Positions 29,393 through 38,153 of a stretch of DNA of 64,000 nt are shown here, piece by piece (position 1 is the stretch's first letter; each line of letters starts with the position of its first letter). The DNA lies in the NCBI GenBank assembly GCA_000002435.2, contig CM018793.1; one strand, 5' to 3'. Source of the DNA: Giardia intestinalis. Lineage: Eukaryota. A model generated the notes under the pieces. The model saw only the letters and a program-made list of their open reading frames with translations. It was not told where the DNA came from and did not search any database. A program made the translations under genes and the position numbers.

Positions 29393-30118
29393 ATGCTCAC
29401 ATCTCCCAAGTACTACTCACCCGGTGATCCGCTCCTCTTAAGACAAGGCGGAGAGAAGGGAGATATCGGCGAATTAGATACACTGCGCCACAACGTATCC
29501 CAGAGCTCATTTGCAGAGCTACTTAAGTATGCTCCAAATGCGCCCCCGCAGGCAGGAAGGGTGGACTATGACGGAATTATGGCCAGCGTTTTGCCACCAA
29601 GAGGACTCTCTACAAAAGAAGAGCTTGCAGACATGCCCAGGGAAAAGGCCGCTGACAAGGTTATTCCGACTTATGAGCAGCCACCCAAGCGGCCACAAAG
29701 AAATTTACAACACGGAGATCCTCGGTTTATCGGAAAGATCAACCAACTTGAAGTGCAGAGAAATTACGCCTTCATTGGTGAGCTTAGGCGCGAAGAATTG
29801 AAGGAATGCGATGCGCAGTACCGTGCACTTTCTGAGGATACGCCGGAAGAGAAAAGAGAGGCACTCCGTATGAAACTCCTCAAGCTCAAGAGGCAGGTAG
29901 GTGAGATGGAGAGGCGTAAAGCAGAGGAAGACATACGCGAGAAGCTGGTTAAAGCAGAGCTTCGTGCAATCGTACAAGGAAAAAGACCTGATTTCATAAA
30001 GGACAGAGATATCAAAAGGCTCACATCGGAAAGCCTATACTGTGCCAGCGCTGGTACACGTAAGGGCGATAGAAGGCTGCAAAAGGCACGGAGGAGGCAA
30101 CGCTTGTTGACCTTGTAA
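29393..30118 (+). CDS. hypothetical basic coiled-coil protein
   Basis: ORF-track start 29369 is TTG; first ATG 29393; C-terminal charged heptad region and KARRRQRLLTL tail; no domain recognised. Confidence 0.45.
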   Translation: MLTSPKYYSPGDPLLLRQGGEKGDIGELDTLRHNVSQSSFAELLKYAPNAPPQAGRVDYDGIMASVLPPRGLSTKEELADMPREKAADKVIPTYEQPPKRPQRNLQHGDPRFIGKINQLEVQRNYAFIGELRREELKECDAQYRALSEDTPEEKREALRMKLLKLKRQVGEMERRKAEEDIREKLVKAELRAIVQGKRPDFIKDRDIKRLTSESLYCASAGTRKGDRRLQKARRRQRLLTL

Positions 30119-30143
30119 TCGTGCCCAACGTGGATGGCCAATC

Positions 30144-32057
30144 CTAATCATCAATCTCCTTGGTTTCGCCTGTCATGTTGCTGCTAGTATCAAAAGCGCT
30201 GCCATAGTCGACATTCGCGCGACCATATCTATTGTTGCCGCGAGCTGATACCCCCTTGCTGCTATCACTTTTGCTTTCACCGCTTTCGCTGCATGAGTGT
30301 TCTTCTTTAATGTGCCTATTAAGTTGCTCGTCAAGGGACTCTAGCTGTGCACGTGCCTGCTCAATGGACGCAAGGTGTGTGTACTTACTCCAGTAGTAGA
30401 CAGCGTACAGAACACCCACTATACTAGCAAAGATGTCGCCAAAGAAAACTGATGGAAGAAAATCCACGCTGTCTCCAAGGATGAAGCCATAGCACAGAAT
30501 GGAAACTATGCAGACGACAGTTCGCCCTAGAGAGAGGAGCAGTGAAGGAAGCCACTTTTCTTCCAGCTCACATATTATGAGGATGAGATGGTATGGCCCA
30601 GTAATAATAGGCGAGAGCGCAGCAGCCGTAAAAGCCTTTTGCAGCGTAGGAAACATGAGCACCATCTCCTTGGACGCGGTCTCTCCCCACAGCATTCCCA
30701 TTTTTGGTGTCAACATTGTGATCATGGGTCTGGCGAAGAGCATCCCAAAAATACAAAGAAGAGGAGGAATAATAATGGTATGGAGCAAGGATATTATGAA
30801 CAGACGCTTGGTTTTAAGATAAAGGCCACTCCGAAGGGTGTGCATACTCACTACGCGAAACGAGAGGGCAATCGCAACGGGAACGGCACTAAATATAGAG
30901 TATGATCGCATGTAAATTAAATTCGCCAGCCTGTTGTAGAGAATCTTCTGGTGGTTCTCCTTGTCGTAGGTGGCGTTCATTACACAATTGATGAGCAATA
31001 TGCTGAGTGGAATATATGAATAAGTGAGGTAGTTTTGCGGGAAAAATAAGAACATTTTCCTGAGAATCTGTGCCGGTTTTGGCTGCGGCCTGTCTTCCAA
31101 AGCTCTGGACGAGGCTGTGCGATGCCTCGTGCAACAGTTAAATCGTAGAACGCCTTCATGTGAGATCCCGAAGATGGTAACATCGGTAAACAAGAAGATA
31201 ATCCAGACAGAAATGATAAACTGAGAAAGAAGGGACCCCACGGCTGTCCCAGTAAGCGGAGAAATGTACTTGATATCCTTCGGGTCCTGGATAACGTGGG
31301 TGTCGTAGAGATATTGCTGATTATTGTTGAAGGCCTGGATGTAGAAGTACGACATGATCTGGAAGACTTCTGCAAAAGACATTAAGAAAATGTGCCTAGA
31401 GGCATTCAAAATAATTCTATTCTCAAGAATTAAGAACTGCGAAACAAAGATTGAAAATAGACTTGTTAGTGGATCTGCAATGCTAATTAGAAATAAATAA
31501 ATGGAATGATCGGGACGAAAGGAAGAGAGGTCTTTATCTAAGTTGCTGCTTATGCGTTTCGAAAACAGCCCAAGTAGGGGGCCGAGTAGTAGAGCCCACC
31601 CAATCGCGAAGTAAATGGAATAGTGGAAAACCATCTGTGCGGGACCAGTAAACTTCCGGAGGAAGCTATAGACTAAAAGGTTTGCCGCTGCAGCCATCAG
31701 AGCAAGCTCAACAGATTGGAAGAGCACCTTAAGCAGGGGCACATACGTGGCAAAGGCATATGCGCCATCCAACTGCCCAAATGCCATGACACCCGTGTAT
31801 TCCAAAAACCCCATAGCGCCCTCAAAGAGAAACGCAACGGCGCACGGAATTAAGACAGACCATAAAGCAAAAAGGCTATTCCACGAAACAAAAAGAGGAC
31901 AGTCCCGTAGCTGGGCTTCACCCTTCTGCTGGAGAAGATCGTCTGTAGGATCCCTTTTGAGAAGGGTCTGCTCTATTGCGCTAGTAACCGCCAGCCTCTG
32001 CAAGGAATCACACGGCAGGCCCCGCTCCCTTGGCTCCCCCCGTGGTATTGACGCCAT
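30144..32057 (-). CDS. polytopic membrane protein (at least 10 predicted TM helices), family unassigned
   Basis: Repeated 20-25 aa hydrophobic segments; ORF-track start 32159 is TTG; first ATG at 32055-32057. Confidence 0.65.
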   Translation of the reverse strand: MASIPRGEPRERGLPCDSLQRLAVTSAIEQTLLKRDPTDDLLQQKGEAQLRDCPLFVSWNSLFALWSVLIPCAVAFLFEGAMGFLEYTGVMAFGQLDGAYAFATYVPLLKVLFQSVELALMAAAANLLVYSFLRKFTGPAQMVFHYSIYFAIGWALLLGPLLGLFSKRISSNLDKDLSSFRPDHSIYLFLISIADPLTSLFSIFVSQFLILENRIILNASRHIFLMSFAEVFQIMSYFYIQAFNNNQQYLYDTHVIQDPKDIKYISPLTGTAVGSLLSQFIISVWIIFLFTDVTIFGISHEGVLRFNCCTRHRTASSRALEDRPQPKPAQILRKMFLFFPQNYLTYSYIPLSILLINCVMNATYDKENHQKILYNRLANLIYMRSYSIFSAVPVAIALSFRVVSMHTLRSGLYLKTKRLFIISLLHTIIIPPLLCIFGMLFARPMITMLTPKMGMLWGETASKEMVLMFPTLQKAFTAAALSPIITGPYHLILIICELEEKWLPSLLLSLGRTVVCIVSILCYGFILGDSVDFLPSVFFGDIFASIVGVLYAVYYWSKYTHLASIEQARAQLESLDEQLNRHIKEEHSCSESGESKSDSSKGVSARGNNRYGRANVDYGSAFDTSSNMTGETKEIDD

Positions 32058-32199
32058 CACCGCCAACGAACCAGTGCCAAGCGATTGACCGAAAATGAAT
32101 AAATAATAAAAGAGCTGTAAAATTTTACTTTCACGTAAAATTATGCTTATTTTAATCAATCAGTGATCAAGGGTGAATCAATTCGGGGGAAATAAAATT

Positions 32200-32329
32200 A
32201 CTGGTGCCTTGTACCGCATCGTGACGATGTCCGCATGCTGAGGGGTGCGGGTGTGGCGCGCGGTGTCCGGTCGAGGCGGAGTTCTCGCACACATACAGTA
32301 TACACGACTTCCCTATAACTAACACGCAG
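32200..32329 (+). promoter_or_regulatory. 3' half of a split intron preceding the HSP90 C-terminal exon: branch/acceptor motif ACTAACACGCAG at 32318-32329 (upstream extent uncertain)
   Basis: Giardia intron 3' consensus (A/C)CT(A/G)ACACACAG with one deviation, ending in AG exactly where the HSP90 reading frame resumes mid-codon; GC-rich stretch gtgcgggtgtggcgcgcggtgtccggtcgaggcggag upstream could pair with the partner intron half. Confidence 0.6.
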
Positions 32330-33404
32330 GTTTATCACAGACGAATGTACAGATATTGTTCCCGACTGGCTCACGTTCCTCAAGGGCGTGGTCGACTGCG
32401 ACGATCTTCCGCTGAACATCTCCCGTGAGATGCTCCAGAAGAATCGCATCGTCAACACAATCCGCAAGAACCTCATCAACAAGGCTCTCAAGCTCTTCAA
32501 GGACCTCGAGGATGACAAGGACAAGTATGAGACGTTCCTCAAGCAGTTTGGAAAGTCCATCAAGCTCGGTATCCACGAGGACAGCGAGAACCGTGGCAAG
32601 CTCGCCAAGCTTCTGCGCTACTACAGTACAAAGTCCAAGGACAAGCGCACGTCCCTCGACGATTACGTCACCCGCATGCCCGAAAACCAGAAGTCGATCT
32701 ACTACATCACAGGCGACTCTCTCGAGAACCTGAAGGAGTCTCCGTTCCTCGAGAGGTTTAACAAGAAGGGCATAGAGGTTCTGCTTATGGACGAGGCCAT
32801 CGACGAGTATATGACCTCCTCGCTCAAGGAGTTTGAGGGTAAGCAGTTGAAGTGCATAACCAAGGACGGCATCGACCTTGAGCTCACGGAAGACGAGAAG
32901 AAGGAGCAGGAGGAGAAGAAGGAGCGCTTCGCAAAGCTCTGCAAGTACATGAAGGAGGTCCTTGGCGATAAGGTCGAGGGAGTCCGCGTCGGGTGTGATC
33001 GCCTTGTAGACACCCCGTGCATCCTCGTCACCGCAGAGTGGGGCTGGACTGCCACGATGAGCAAGATCATGAAGCACCAGGCGCTGAGAGACGACACTCT
33101 GGGCAGCGTGATGGCCGGAAAGAAGACCCTGGAGCTTAACCCCGACAGCAGCATCATCCAGAATCTCGCCTCTAAGCTCGACGACGACGCAGAGAACCTC
33201 TATGTCAAGGACATCACAACCCTTCTTTTCGAGACGGCCCTTATCCAGAGCGGGTTCGACATTGAGGACACCGCAACCTTTGCCAAGCGCATTCACGCCA
33301 TGGTCCGTGTCAGCCTGGGAGACGACACCGCCGCTGCCCCTGCTAGCGACCTTCCTGCCCTTGAGGAGTGCCATGATGAGGAGGACGTTGACGAAGTTGA
33401 CTGA
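32330..33404 (+). CDS. HSP90: HSP90 C-terminal exon (HspC): middle-domain end + C-terminal dimerisation domain ending MEEVD-like (DEEDVDEVD); N-terminal half not in window
   Basis: [42 protein letters not shown] aligns to human ...[38 protein letters not shown]; coding starts in phase 1 right after the acceptor AG with no in-frame ATG; extremely GC3-rich. Confidence 0.9.
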
Positions 33405-33434
33405 GACTGTGAACTTGTTGTGTTACTTTGTGCT

Positions 33435-36071
33435 TCAGAGCGGCGGGTGCCTGGGTCGCGGCCGGAGGTATCCTGCGTAGTCGGAGACGATCAGCGATAT
33501 GGACTGCATCCCGCTTCGGAGCTGTGTCGCCTCGTCGCTGTACTGGGCGGCTGCCGCATGGGCGGCGTTGCACTCTGTTTCTAATTGTGCTAGAGCTGCA
33601 CGGACGGAATCTAATTGCAACTGAGCTTCGTTAAGCTTGGTCTTTAAGAGCTGTACTTCTGTGTTCTTCAGAGACAGCTCGTTTTCACGCGCCCGAAGGC
33701 ACTGCTCCAAGTTCTCGACCTTGAGACGTGTCTGCTCTTGAATTGTTCTCAATGAGACTATCTCTGTACCACGTGTATCGCTCTCCTGTTGAACACTGCT
33801 AAGCGTCTCCTCAACCTTTTTCAGTTGGAGCTGGAGCTGCTGTCTTACAAGCTTCTCGCCTTGCAGCTCAGATTTGAGTTCCTCGTCAGTCTGTTGAGAC
33901 GACAGCTGACTGTGACTGTGCCGACTGCTGTGGTCAGATTCCTCCAAAGGTACAGGTCTGGGGGGAAGGGCCTGCCGTACTGTCAATTCACGGAGCCCCT
34001 CGACAGAAAGATTGGATAGACAGACAGGAAATCTCGAATTGAACATTCGGATAGCAAGTGTGGCAGCAGACTGGAGGAGACCCTGGTTTACAACAGGCAA
34101 TCTATCAAGATATGATGTTGACGATAGAACAAGGGCGGTGATGCAACTCCCTATTAATCGTATATGTACAAGACCGGGGTGCAGTGGTGCAGGCTTGTGG
34201 CAACCATTGCTTTGTTCATGAGAGCAGTGGGTTTCCTTGCTGTCATAGCGAGCACCCTGGATAAGTTTTGCGCTAGAACTAAGCTCTGAAATGGCGGACA
34301 GCAGAGATTGATCAACTTTGCGCGTGGCTGGAAGAGGCGTACTCAAGGCAGAGCCAGCGTGTGTAGCAAAACAGACCGTATTGAAAATCAGCAAGTCTGA
34401 AATATGTGTGAGAAGCTCCAAAGATCTATCAAGGTGTTCCCAGTAAATACGTTGCATTGTTGTTGTCAAAGTAATAGTTTGTCTTATCAAGGAGTCAATC
34501 TCCTCTGAAGAAAATATATTAACACAAACACTTGTCGCGGTATAGGCTATAAATCGGCCAAGAGTCGATAAAAGAACAAAGTAATATTGCAGCAAAGCAT
34601 TATGTTCTCTTTCGAAGGATGATGGAGATTGATTGGTCAGCCTATTAACGATTGACTCCATTGCTGTGAAGCACCCTTTAAGATTAGCCTTGACAACCTG
34701 AAAAGACATAAGCTTCCCGCCGATCTTCTCTTTGGGAATAGCAAATGTAACTCTGAAGGAAGATATAGGCGACAGTGTCACGCGGTACAGGTGTGCGAGG
34801 AACATGGCCGAGTAGGCGGAGTATCCTTTACAGTCGGCTATCTCGCTGAAGAGGAGCTCGTATCCCCGAGCTCTGATGAACTCATCTATGAAGGCAGTGT
34901 GCATCTGTTTAAAGGGCATAGCTGAGAATGCCGATGAGACGTCCCCACTCCCCATTAGAGAAAGGAAAAGCAATACGCAGTACGGCCTGTTTAGTGGAGA
35001 GCAGTCGTTCAGAGCAAACCGAACGAGTATCGAGACTCGCTGGACGCCATCTTGCGTAAGCTTGGCAAATGCTAAAGGTGTCTTGCTGGACATCTGCAAA
35101 GGTGAGAACACAACGGTAAAGAGATAAAATGACACTAGGATATCTTGGAAGATTGCCCTACTAGATGCGAAGGTTTGCGCGAAGATGTGCTTGATGGCGG
35201 GTTCGCAGGTACCATTCTCGGCACCTGTAGGAGGGGGGTCCAGCGTAAATGTAACTAGCTTCTTGAGGATGTTACTCAGAAACATTGGAGGAATGTGTTC
35301 GGTGCTATTGCTTAGGAAATACCGTAAGACGTATTGATACACTATGGTAGTATACGTGTAGTTTCTCCCTTCCAGCAGCGTGCTTAGTTTGGTGGATGCG
35401 TAAAGGTTTGCTGTCTGTCTGAAATTAAACAAGAGCGCGAGTGATACTGTCAACTCAATTAAATGGCAGATTAGCTGTTTCTCCGACGCAGCCAGAGTTT
35501 GCTTTGTCGTAGATAGAAGCTTCTCAAGAGTGGCCAAGCAGGTATATGAAAGACTGGATACGGCGCAGTACAAAGAATGCAAAGATGGATATGTGTATTC
35601 GTCAAAAGTATCCATGTGCAGTGGCCCGTGTTGCAATCTAATCATGAGTAAGACACTGATAAAAAGCCGAAGTAGCGCCGGAGAAAAATCTAAAGTAGGA
35701 AGCATTCCACTGGAAGCCTCATTCTGGATAGATATGGCTGAATTAAGCAGAGAGTTCACCACTAGTTTTAGAAGTAGAAACAGGGTGGTATAATCCACTA
35801 CAGGTAATGCTTCTTTCAGCACGAAGGCTAGGAAATGAGCCATTTTTTCACTAGTAAGAAAGATGGGGTGTGCGCAAAGGACCTTAACTAGTTTTTGGAG
35901 CACTGGAACAGTGAATTGAAAAATGCTATCTGCACGGCACATGAGCGCAACATTTGCTAGTAGGGCGTCAGCAACAGCAGAGCAGTCCTCCATGGTTGTG
36001 CGGGACCGCTCTAGTTTGTCCAGCAGGTCCAAATACCCACCAAGATTCATTTTTATATATTCAGCCTCCAT
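33435..36071 (-). CDS. hypothetical protein, 878 aa, C-terminal coiled coil
   Basis: ATG at 36069-36071; C-terminal about 200 aa heptad-rich (LQLQLKKVEETLSSVQQESDTRGTEIVSLRTIQEQTRLKVENLEQCLRARENELSLK...). Confidence 0.65.
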   Translation of the reverse strand: MEAEYIKMNLGGYLDLLDKLERSRTTMEDCSAVADALLANVALMCRADSIFQFTVPVLQKLVKVLCAHPIFLTSEKMAHFLAFVLKEALPVVDYTTLFLLLKLVVNSLLNSAISIQNEASSGMLPTLDFSPALLRLFISVLLMIRLQHGPLHMDTFDEYTYPSLHSLYCAVSSLSYTCLATLEKLLSTTKQTLAASEKQLICHLIELTVSLALLFNFRQTANLYASTKLSTLLEGRNYTYTTIVYQYVLRYFLSNSTEHIPPMFLSNILKKLVTFTLDPPPTGAENGTCEPAIKHIFAQTFASSRAIFQDILVSFYLFTVVFSPLQMSSKTPLAFAKLTQDGVQRVSILVRFALNDCSPLNRPYCVLLFLSLMGSGDVSSAFSAMPFKQMHTAFIDEFIRARGYELLFSEIADCKGYSAYSAMFLAHLYRVTLSPISSFRVTFAIPKEKIGGKLMSFQVVKANLKGCFTAMESIVNRLTNQSPSSFEREHNALLQYYFVLLSTLGRFIAYTATSVCVNIFSSEEIDSLIRQTITLTTTMQRIYWEHLDRSLELLTHISDLLIFNTVCFATHAGSALSTPLPATRKVDQSLLSAISELSSSAKLIQGARYDSKETHCSHEQSNGCHKPAPLHPGLVHIRLIGSCITALVLSSTSYLDRLPVVNQGLLQSAATLAIRMFNSRFPVCLSNLSVEGLRELTVRQALPPRPVPLEESDHSSRHSHSQLSSQQTDEELKSELQGEKLVRQQLQLQLKKVEETLSSVQQESDTRGTEIVSLRTIQEQTRLKVENLEQCLRARENELSLKNTEVQLLKTKLNEAQLQLDSVRAALAQLETECNAAHAAAAQYSDEATQLRSGMQSISLIVSDYAGYLRPRPRHPPL

Positions 36072-36123
36072 CCACGCTTACTAACCTGTTCCCTGCGCAG
36101 GGAAAAGAATCATAGAAATTAAA

Positions 36124-36891
36124 ATGGGGCTATACACACATAACAATGCAGTAAGTTTCATAGCAACCGGATTGTCAATAATCTTATATGGCACGCTTTT
36201 TGGCTTTGTCAAGCGTGATCCAACCTCTTTAAGAGTAGGCCTTGAGGCGTGCATGCGCAAAGGCGTCAAGTTCATTGGTTGCATTAAAACTTTAGAGAAA
36301 GAGGAGAGGCACTCTGTCTTCTTTTTGTTAGCCATTGTATGCTTTGCAGCTGTGCTGGCGATACTAGCTATACTCATGTCTATTTTCTATTGTTGTTGCT
36401 GCCGAAGTATTAGGAGTGCAAGATATCTGCACAGGGCGATTACGGGAGTCACAACAGTGGCAGTGTTTGATGTTGTATCATTTATCACGTCCTCGCTCAT
36501 CTATTATAAATACGATTCGGCAAATAGTAGTGGAGTAATTGTGAGCAATTCTGCTGGTACTAATGCATACATAATTGCTAGATACACAGGGCTGGCTATG
36601 GTGTGCATTAGCAGCGCATGGGTAATAACCATAGTGATAGGGTCGCCCTTAGCATCAACAAACAACCTGCTAATGAAGGCGCTCACCATGATCATTGGGG
36701 CCTGTTCGATATTCTTCATCCTGGCGATCATTATGGGCACGGATGCCGCCCATTTGTTACGTCACCTATCTGATTATCGCCATCAGGCCAAGGAGATGGG
36801 ATGTGCCATGTCCGCTGCTGCTATCGTTGTATACGTATTTACTTTTCTTGATGCCTGTCTATGCATCACAGAAGGTACTACAAAGTCGTAG
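36124..36891 (+). CDS. hypothetical 4-TM membrane protein with juxtamembrane CCCC motif
   Basis: Four hydrophobic helices; IFYCCCCRSIRS after TM2. Confidence 0.5.
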   Translation: MGLYTHNNAVSFIATGLSIILYGTLFGFVKRDPTSLRVGLEACMRKGVKFIGCIKTLEKEERHSVFFLLAIVCFAAVLAILAILMSIFYCCCCRSIRSARYLHRAITGVTTVAVFDVVSFITSSLIYYKYDSANSSGVIVSNSAGTNAYIIARYTGLAMVCISSAWVITIVIGSPLASTNNLLMKALTMIIGACSIFFILAIIMGTDAAHLLRHLSDYRHQAKEMGCAMSAAAIVVYVFTFLDACLCITEGTTKS

Positions 36892-37783
36892 ACTGCTTCA
36901 CCAGAAACATGCAGTAAAAGTCGTCGCCCATCGCTCTTGATTCATAGTCAATTGTATTTTGGCCAGCAAAGCAAATCCATGCCGAATAGTGCCCATTATC
37001 AACACAGAACGAAACCTCTGAGAGCGACTTCAAGGTTACCGATTTGTTCTCCACAACAACGCTTCCATGCTTCACATCCTGAAACTCTATTTTCTGTCCA
37101 TCTTCATCTTTTACTGTAGAGCCGTGATATGAACTCTTTGAATATTCTAATTCAGATTGGAAAACGAACAATCTGATTGGGATGCAGCCATTTCGTTCTA
37201 AGATAAAGCCAAAGCACTCCTTGGTAGAGTATATACCACTGCGAATGAAGGAGAAGTCAGATCGATATCTGGCGCTAACTTCTGCATACTTTTCTCTACA
37301 GCTCAGCTTATCGGCGCAAACAACTTGTAAGTCCGTTACATCTATCATAGCATCGTAGATCATGCAGTTCTGCTCCCCTCTATTGGCAACATCACTGGGA
37401 GTTTCTAAGAAATGGTTTATGTACACTGACAAAATTCGCTCATTCTTTCTGGTGATAAAGGACAGCCTCGGGTCATAGATAGACTCCAAGATTCCATCAC
37501 GGATCATCGCATCTCTCAAGGATTTGTAAAACAAAAATCCCACATAGTTTTCCGAAATGCAAAAGTAGTAGAGATATTCTGTCTTGGTGTGCATTACTGG
37601 TATCGACGAAGACACGGTACTGGCCAGAACAGTTGTCTGCTCGGTGACATGCATTGGCGACTTAGTAATGAAAGAGACGCGTCCTCCCTTCCAGACAGGC
37701 TTAGATACGTCTATGTCCACACCATTAGAAACCTGGACCATCTCTTGTGGGATGTCAAACAGAAAGACGTTTTGATAGCGCAT
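36878..37783 (-). CDS. hypothetical protein (ORF open to 37891 but upstream start there is GTG)
   Basis: First ATG at 37781-37783; 3' end overlaps the preceding convergent gene by 14 bp. Confidence 0.5.
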   Translation of the reverse strand: MRYQNVFLFDIPQEMVQVSNGVDIDVSKPVWKGGRVSFITKSPMHVTEQTTVLASTVSSSIPVMHTKTEYLYYFCISENYVGFLFYKSLRDAMIRDGILESIYDPRLSFITRKNERILSVYINHFLETPSDVANRGEQNCMIYDAMIDVTDLQVVCADKLSCREKYAEVSARYRSDFSFIRSGIYSTKECFGFILERNGCIPIRLFVFQSELEYSKSSYHGSTVKDEDGQKIEFQDVKHGSVVVENKSVTLKSLSEVSFCVDNGHYSAWICFAGQNTIDYESRAMGDDFYCMFLVKQSTTL

Positions 37784-38153
37784 GAGCTCTGTGTCCGTCA
37801 AATCAAACAATTTCCACTTAAATCTTAACAAGAGCAGAGCGGGTTTTCTCTCAAGCTTAATAGAAGGTGGAAAACTGGCCGCGCGCCACACTAACTAATA
37901 CTTCCTTAGCTGTAAGAGTGTAATCACTGATCTCAGTTCAAGAAATTAATTTGACTTAGTAACGAGCCACCACATATGTACCAATGATACAAAAAAGTGG
38001 CTGAGAGTATTGCTGGATCAATCAGTATGAAGACTCACTTCCCTATTAGAATTGTGCAATATTAATCTAAAACACATGCAATCATGCTATTTCCACTTGT
38101 AATGGCGATGCAAATAGCAGCACAGCATTTAATTTGGGGGAACACTGATCGCC

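Noticed and set aside
32319-33374. 351-aa ORF on the minus strand (plus 32425-32733 on the plus strand and 32702-33157 on the minus strand) inside the HSP90 exon
   Set aside because: These are antisense or frame-shifted to a strongly supported HSP90 reading frame. The stop-free alternative frames are a by-product of extreme GC3 codon bias, and their translations are low-complexity.
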